Assembly (NCBI GenBank): GCA_964016885.1
Contig: OZ024741.1
Span: 24,552,001 to 24,616,000, forward strand
Direction: 5' to 3'
From: Eledone cirrhosa
Lineage: Eukaryota
Length of the DNA stretch: 64,000 nucleotides
Shown: piece by piece, positions 63,286 through 64,000 of the stretch
How positions within the stretch are numbered: the first letter of the stretch is position 1
How the letters are laid out: each line of letters opens with the position of its first letter
Translations under genes and position numbers: made by a program
Notes under the pieces: generated by a model
Told to the model about the DNA's origin: nothing
Seen by the model: only the letters and a program-made list of their open reading frames with translations
Databases searched by the model: none

Positions 63286-64000
63286 CTGAAATAACAACAA
63301 CAACAATATTAGAGGGAGGGGAAAGTCGATTCCAGTGCATTACTGGTACTTTATTTTATCGACCCCGTAAGGATGAAAGGCAAAGTTAACCTCAGTGGCA
63401 TTTGAACCCAGAATATAAAGGGACGTAACACTATGCTACCAATCATGTTCGACGTTCTACCTATACTGCTAATCCACCACCCTATGTTAAAATAATTATT
63501 TCTATATTTGGCACAAGGCCAGTGATTTGTTTTTTGGGGTGGGGTGGTAGTTGATTAAATCGACCCCAGTGCATTACTGGTACTTTATTCTATCAACTCT
63601 GTAAGGATGAAAGGCAAAGCTAACCGTGGTGGGATTTGAACTCAGAACGTAAAGGGATGTAACTATGTGACAAAGCATGGTGTCAGACACTCTACCGATA
63701 CTACCAATCACCCACCCATAAAACAATACAATAATGGTTTCTAATTTAGGCACAAGCCCCATAATTTTGGGGGATGGGGAAAGTTGATGACAACTCCAGA
63801 ACATGATTCTAAATTATTTTATCAATCTCACAAGGATGAAAGGTTGGATCTCTCAGTTTCAACAATGTGTATTCTTATCATCATTGTTGTTTTAACGTGT
63901 TTTCCCTGCAAGCAAGGTCTACGTAGATCAAGTCAGTACTTCACAAGGGGCAGTGGCTAGGAATATGTGCATGTGGGGTACATGTGGTGTTGAGAATAGT

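Overview
AT-rich, repeat-dense eukaryotic DNA. The repeat families and the single-exon C2H2 gene resemble a cephalopod (octopus-like) genome, which is an inference. There is one convincing gene: a 13-finger C2H2 zinc-finger protein with its coding sequence in one exon (38729-40645, +). Two tentative 3' exons of another gene lie on the - strand near the right end. The rest is (TA)n and other microsatellites, 21/41/46/48/77/80-bp tandem repeats, decayed RTE and CR1 LINEs, tRNA-derived SINEs, piggyBac- and hAT-type MITEs, a Tc1/mariner relic and two non-autonomous Helitrons. The most striking structure is in the first 11 kb. It holds four long fold-back elements embedded in (TA)n tracts, each carrying a type I hammerhead ribozyme motif in both arms (stem I-CUGANGA-stem II-GAAA-palindromic stem III-UH-stem I'), plus a solo canonical hammerhead at 121-204. 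One fold-back encloses a decayed Penelope-like RT-linker/GIY-YIG ORF, which points to Penelope-like pLTR/retrozyme-type elements from several unrelated families, some with non-canonical catalytic cores. Two more degenerate hammerheads lie at about 21 kb. All calls were read by eye; no searches or folding were run.
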